Part shown: positions 60,145-64,000 of the stretch, piece by piece
How positions within the stretch are numbered: position 1 is the first letter of the stretch
How the letters are laid out: every line of letters begins with the position of its first letter
Source of the DNA: Alkalispirochaeta sp.
GTDB lineage: Bacteria > Spirochaetota > Spirochaetia > DSM-27196 > Alkalispirochaetaceae
Length of the DNA: 64,000 nt
Direction of reading: 5' to 3'
Assembly: GCA_965601925.1 (NCBI GenBank)
Contig: OZ271854.1
Location: 672,001 to 736,000, forward strand
Program-made: the position numbers and the translations under genes
The notes under the pieces: generated by a model
The model's input: only the letters and a program-made list of their open reading frames with translations
The model's database searches: none
What the model was told of the DNA's origin: nothing

Positions 60145-62403
60145 CTACGCTTCTCGTCGTCGTAATACACGCCTGAGGTGGAGCGAGTTCGTCACCACCG
60201 TCACGGAGCTGAAGGCCATAGCGATCTCAGCTATTATGGGGTGGAGAAGCCCGGCAACGGCCAGCGGTATTGCGACGAGATTGTAAAAAAACGCCCAAAA
60301 CAGATTGGTCTTGATCTTGGCAAACGTGTGTCGCGATATCTCCACCGCTCGCGGAATCATCAGGAGACTGGAGCTCATAAGCGTCACATCGGCGGATTCG
60401 ATCGCGATGTCGGTGCCCGTTCCGATGGCAATGCCGACATTCGCCTGTTTGAGTGCGGGCGCATCGTTGATACCGTCGCCGACCATTGCGACTGCACGTC
60501 CCTCGTTCTGCAGAGCGCGCACCGCCTCGATCTTCTTATCCGGGAGTAACTCGGCGAACACGTCGTCGATTCCCACCCGTTCGGCAACGGCACGCGCGGC
60601 GCTCTCGTTATCGCCGGTAAGCATTGCCGTGCGAAGCCCGAGGGCGTGCAACCGGTCGATCGACGCAGGACTGTCGGGCTTCATCGCGTCGGCAAGGCCG
60701 AAAAGTGCCGCTACATTTCCGTCTATCGCGGTGCCGACGACGGTCATACCATCGCCTTTCCACGTCTCGATCAGCTCCGACTCATACGCCGAAAGAGCGA
60801 CTCCGGCCTCGGAGAGCCACCGGAGGCTTCCCACACGCACATCGCGCCCGTCGACGGTAGCGAGTATGCCCCGCCCCGGAACCGCCTCGGTCTTCGATAC
60901 GTCGGGGACCGTCGTGCCATCGCCGTGCTCGTCGAGATACGCGACGATCGCCCGTGCCAGGGGGTGCTCACTTTGCCCCTCGACGGCGCGGGTAAGACGC
61001 GCGGCGTCGGAACCGGGAAGGATCGTATCTATCTCGGCGGACTCCTCATCTCGGCGGGTTCCGGCGATATAGACTTGCGCTACCTCCGGCCGCCCTACCG
61101 TAAGCGTCCCGGTTTTGTCGAAGACGATCGTATCGAGGTTCCGCGCGCTTTGAATCGCCTCGCCGTTGCGCACCAGCACGCCGCGTTCGGCGCCGTAACC
61201 CATTCCCACCATCAGTGCCGTCGGGGTGGCGAGGCCCAATGCGCAGGGACACGCGATAACGAGGGTAGCGATCGCCGCCGAGAGAGCCGCCGAGACATCG
61301 GTCGCCCCCGCCCCGACGACGCCCAGCCCCGTAAGAGCCATCCACCCAGCGAAGGTCGCCGCGGAGAGGATGAGAATCGCCGGCACGAAGATCGCCGTGA
61401 TGCGATCCGCCAGCTCTTGGACCGGTACGCGAGACCCTTGGGCCTCCTCTACCATATCGACGATGCGCGATAGAAAGGTGTCGCCGCCGACCTTCTCGAC
61501 TCTGACATCGATGGAACCCATTTGGTTGATCGTCGCGCCGACGACCGAGGCTCCCTCGCCCTTGTCTATCGGAACGGACTCGCCGGTAACGATCGACTCG
61601 TCGATACTCGTCGTGCCCCGGACGATCACCCCGTCGGCGGGAATCTTCTCACCGGGGCGCACGCGCACCGTGTCGCCGAGTTTCAGAAGCGCGACATCGA
61701 CGACCTCTTCCGTACCGTTGCCGTCGATTCTCGTAGCACGTGTAGCGCCGAGCTCCAACAGTTGCCTAATCGCCGAGCTCGCGCGACCGGTAGCCCGCAC
61801 TTTGATGTAGTTCCCGATATAGTTGATCGCAATAATCATCGCTCCGACGGAGGTGAAATCGTCTATATCGATACCGAGGAGGCGGAGGATTCCCGTCGAA
61901 TATGCAGCGATCGAGCCGATACCGATCAACGAATCCATGGTGAACGCAAATGAAAAAAACGACGTTCCGGTGCTTCGGATGATCGGCCAACCGATACCGA
62001 AGATCACGACCCCGGACATCGCGAGCGTTACCCACCGAGCGATACCGGGCGGCACCGGGTGGATGTCCCAGACCATATGGAGCGCCATGAGAATCATGAG
62101 CGGGGAGGTAAGCACCCACGACCAGATGAGCCGACGACGCTCCGAACGCATGAGCGCATCGGCCCTATCGTGACTTTCCGTCGGATCAACGACCGCGTAG
62201 CCGGCGTTGTGGACGGCGGTGCGTAGTCGATCGTCGATTGCGCCGGTTTCGACACCGTCTTCGAGTTCCAACAGCGCCTTCTTACCGGCAAAGTTGACCT
62301 GTGCGACCGCGACGCGCGGCACCGCACCGAGGGCCTTCTCTACCGCCGCGGCGCAGGATGTGCAGGTCATGCCCTCGATATGCAACTGCATATGTGTACC
62401 CAT
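60145..62403 (-). CDS. copA: Cu(I)-exporting P1B-type ATPase
   Basis: GMTCTSC, TGES, CPC, DKTGT, SEHP, GDGIND, YN, MAFSS. Confidence 0.95.
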   Translation of the reverse strand: MGTHMQLHIEGMTCTSCAAAVEKALGAVPRVAVAQVNFAGKKALLELEDGVETGAIDDRLRTAVHNAGYAVVDPTESHDRADALMRSERRRLIWSWVLTSPLMILMALHMVWDIHPVPPGIARWVTLAMSGVVIFGIGWPIIRSTGTSFFSFAFTMDSLIGIGSIAAYSTGILRLLGIDIDDFTSVGAMIIAINYIGNYIKVRATGRASSAIRQLLELGATRATRIDGNGTEEVVDVALLKLGDTVRVRPGEKIPADGVIVRGTTSIDESIVTGESVPIDKGEGASVVGATINQMGSIDVRVEKVGGDTFLSRIVDMVEEAQGSRVPVQELADRITAIFVPAILILSAATFAGWMALTGLGVVGAGATDVSAALSAAIATLVIACPCALGLATPTALMVGMGYGAERGVLVRNGEAIQSARNLDTIVFDKTGTLTVGRPEVAQVYIAGTRRDEESAEIDTILPGSDAARLTRAVEGQSEHPLARAIVAYLDEHGDGTTVPDVSKTEAVPGRGILATVDGRDVRVGSLRWLSEAGVALSAYESELIETWKGDGMTVVGTAIDGNVAALFGLADAMKPDSPASIDRLHALGLRTAMLTGDNESAARAVAERVGIDDVFAELLPDKKIEAVRALQNEGRAVAMVGDGINDAPALKQANVGIAIGTGTDIAIESADVTLMSSSLLMIPRAVEISRHTFAKIKTNLFWAFFYNLVAIPLAVAGLLHPIIAEIAMAFSSVTVVTNSLHLRRVLRRREA

Positions 62404-62420
62404 CGTGCTCTCCTCCCCTC

Positions 62421-62449
62421 ATAATGCATCGTTCCGAGCGATGCGTCAA
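62421..62449 (-). promoter_or_regulatory. copA promoter
   Basis: TTGACG-N17-CATTAT on the minus strand, followed by GGAGG RBS. Confidence 0.7.
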
Positions 62450-62473
62450 CCACCCATAGGGGGTGGGGGTACC
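62450..62473. promoter_or_regulatory. CsoR-type G/C-tract operator
   Basis: CCACCC-ATAGG-GGGTGG inverted repeat plus GGGTACC, between the divergent copA and csoR. Confidence 0.7.
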
Positions 62474-62509
62474 ATAGACACAGTCACACTTCTCCGGTAC
62501 CCTCGATAC

Positions 62510-62842
62510 ATGCATGCGGCACACGCAAACGGTGACCAGTCGCTCCACGGCGATCGCCCGGTCCACGGCCCTCACGGCGTCAATGAATCGGCGCTTCTCC
62601 GGATGAAAAGCGTCGAGGGGCAAGTCAAAGGGATTCAACGGATGATCGAGGATGAACGCTACTGCGTAGACATCGTCGATCAGATATCGGCGGTACGCGC
62701 GGCACTCGCAAAAGTAAGCGAGGAGGTCTTGCGGCGCCACATCGAGACGTGTGTCGCCGATGAGTTTCGATCCGGCTCACCGACGGAACAAGGGCGTGTG
62801 ATCGACGAGCTCGTCGATATCATCGCCCGCCGTCTTCGATAG
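62510..62842 (+). CDS. csoR: Copper-sensing repressor
   Basis: 'R...EGQV.GI..MIE...YC.DI..Q...V..AL', 'RHIETC' (C-H-C ligands). Confidence 0.92.
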   Translation: MHAAHANGDQSLHGDRPVHGPHGVNESALLRMKSVEGQVKGIQRMIEDERYCVDIVDQISAVRAALAKVSEEVLRRHIETCVADEFRSGSPTEQGRVIDELVDIIARRLR

Positions 62843-62875
62843 GAAACCGCCACGAGAAAATTTCGCAAGAAAGTC

Positions 62876-62904
62876 TTGCACAATGTGCCGTCGTAAGATA
62901 TTGT
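62876..62904 (+). promoter_or_regulatory. sigma70-type promoter of the Cys-leader unit
   Basis: TTGCAC-N17-TATTGT. The palindrome GCAAGA-AAG-TCTTGC overlaps the -35. Confidence 0.6.
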
Positions 62905-62940
62905 TCGCTATATCATCTTTTTGAAAGGAGCGCGTCTTAT

Positions 62941-63009
62941 ATGAATCGTTGTATTAACTCCTTCACGACATGCGTAATACTCTATAAGGCGTGTTTCCCG
63001 TCGGTATAG
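62941..63009 (+). CDS. Leader peptide MNRCINSFTTCVILYKACFPSV (22 aa)
   Basis: GAAAGGAG RBS, ATG..TAG, followed by a terminator. The coding region is complementary to the terminator. Confidence 0.65.
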   Translation: MNRCINSFTTCVILYKACFPSV

Positions 63010-63035
63010 CCGACCCTCCGTAACAGAGAACCAGG

Positions 63036-63068
63036 AGCCGCGATCCTTATAGGGTCGCGGCTTTTTTT
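63036..63068 (+). terminator. Intrinsic terminator (attenuator)
   Basis: AGCCGCGATCC-TTATA-GGGTCGCGGCT followed by a T7 tract. Confidence 0.85.
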
Positions 63069-63102
63069 GTGCCGGTATCGCCTCGGCGTTGCCGGCCCGG
63101 AC

Positions 63103-63142
63103 AAAGGCCGCACTTCTCCCTCGGGAGAGGCGGCCTTTTCTT
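63103..63142 (+). terminator. Second hairpin with short U-tract
   Basis: AAAGGCCGC..CTCCC-TC-GGGAG..GCGGCCTTTTCTT. Confidence 0.55.
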
Positions 63143-63166
63143 GTGGGATTCAAGGAGGAGGAGCCC

Positions 63167-63355
63167 ATGTTTTTTCATCCACAGGAGATCGCGGCGATGG
63201 CCGAAGCGCAGCGTCGCGATATCGCAGAACGGCACAAGCACGCCGCCGAGCGCTCGCGCAACACGACAAAGATGCGGTTGCTTCTGGCGCGCGCGCTGGT
63301 AGAGTTCGGCCGTGTATTGGAACGGTCCGGGCGACGCCTCGCCCGGGAGATGTGA
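63167..63355 (+). CDS. Small helical hypothetical protein (62 aa)
   Basis: AAGGAGGAGGAG RBS; MFFHPQEIAAMAEAQRRDI...LARALVEFGRVLE. Followed by a hairpin. Confidence 0.65.
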   Translation: MFFHPQEIAAMAEAQRRDIAERHKHAAERSRNTTKMRLLLARALVEFGRVLERSGRRLAREM

Positions 63356-63362
63356 CATTGAA

Positions 63363-63403
63363 GCCGGCGGCTTTACGAATAGCGTAGAGCCGCCGGTCGT
63401 TTT
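63363..63403 (+). terminator. Terminator-like hairpin after the 62-aa ORF
   Basis: GCCGGCGGCTTTACG-AATAG-CGTAGAGCCGCCGGT then CGTTTT. Confidence 0.6.
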
Positions 63404-63429
63404 GTGTAGAGGGTGGTACAATGAACACG

Positions 63430-64000
63430 ATGCGACACCTTCGGTTACTGATTGCAGTCGTTTTTTTTGCGGTATCCGTCGACTCGGTCCTCTCCGATGA
63501 ACTACCGTTGCGACGCGTCACGATCTTTACCAGCGGCGTGGCGGAGTTTGTGCACGAGGGGCGTCTCACCGGCGACGAGATGATCGTGCTCCCCGTCCCC
63601 GAGGCTCACATGAGCGACGTCATCCGTTCGCTCACCGTCATAGATTCCGGCGGCGGCGAAGTTCGCGCTATCTCGTATCCCGCCGGCGAGAGCGTGTCGG
63701 ATCGCCTTTCGCGCTTCAGAATCGATCTCCAACACGTTACCTCCATCGAAAGTCTCCTCAATCGCGCTCGAGGGACGACGATTCGCATCGTGCTCGAAGA
63801 CGGCCGGATGATCGAGGGGCGTGTCGTCGGAGCCGATCGACCGAGCGCCGATGATTCGCCGTCTCTTTTGATACGCGAGACTGGGGGGCTTAGATCGATC
63901 GCTACCGATGAGATTGCCGAGTTCTCGCTGGGCGATACAGCGCTCCAACGGGACCTCGATCGGGCGCTGGAAGTTCTGGAAACCTCGACCGTCGGGACCG
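63430..64000 (+). CDS. DUF4139-family secreted protein (partial, runs off window)
   Basis: Signal peptide, then 'LPLRRVTIFTSGVAEFVHEG...MSDVIRSLTVID..GG'. Alternative start at 63421. Confidence 0.75.
   Translation, partial: MRHLRLLIAVVFFAVSVDSVLSDELPLRRVTIFTSGVAEFVHEGRLTGDEMIVLPVPEAHMSDVIRSLTVIDSGGGEVRAISYPAGESVSDRLSRFRIDLQHVTSIESLLNRARGTTIRIVLEDGRMIEGRVVGADRPSADDSPSLLIRETGGLRSIATDEIAEFSLGDTALQRDLDRALEVLETSTVGT

Noticed and set aside
1..64000. CRISPR arrays, tRNA/rRNA, transposases, integrases, prophage genes
   Set aside because: None seen: no regularly spaced repeats and no diagnostic motifs.

Overview
This is a GC-rich, gene-dense bacterial chromosomal window. It is probably from a free-living anaerobic spirochaete, inferred from the 'AAGRRE'-type signal on the tungstate-binding protein and the style of the three MCPs; this is not a database result. 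In order it contains: (1) a tungsten module: ThiF/E1, MoaD-like Ubl and an aldehyde:ferredoxin oxidoreductase under a P3-less Moco/Tuco riboswitch, divergent from tupABC-moeA-moaA-moaC, followed by mop and a split mobB; (2) a DUF1028-TPR-DUF952 fusion, a CPHC thioredoxin-fold protein, and an RHH/zinc-finger regulator converging on a znuCB-like pair; (3) two MCPs; (4) a PocR-AraC-controlled corrinoid methyltransferase cluster (DUF1638, RACE activator, corrinoid protein, UroD-type methyltransferase fused to a CxxC thioredoxin-like domain, CobW-like GTPase); (5) a ClpP-like remnant, MATE, DUF3592, DUF318/TIGR03943, DUF456, an MCP and sbcDC; (6) a 7-gene MoxR-DUF58-vWA operon; (7) an ABC-F/YdeI unit under a leader-peptide attenuator; (8) lactonase, YbaK, a PPC-repeat protein, a TPR-GAF-GGDEF protein, azlCD, rlmN, sirtuin and rmuC; (9) copZ-copA-csoR, then a second leader-peptide attenuator (Cys at i, i+7, i+14) upstream of a 62-aa ORF, and a partial DUF4139 gene. 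The most notable non-catalogue signals are the two uORF/terminator/antiterminator systems below the ORF-track cutoff, the tungsten-type riboswitch, pervasive leaderless gene starts, and a probable CTG start. No CRISPR array, tRNA/rRNA or mobile element was seen. All family assignments come from motif recognition by eye.
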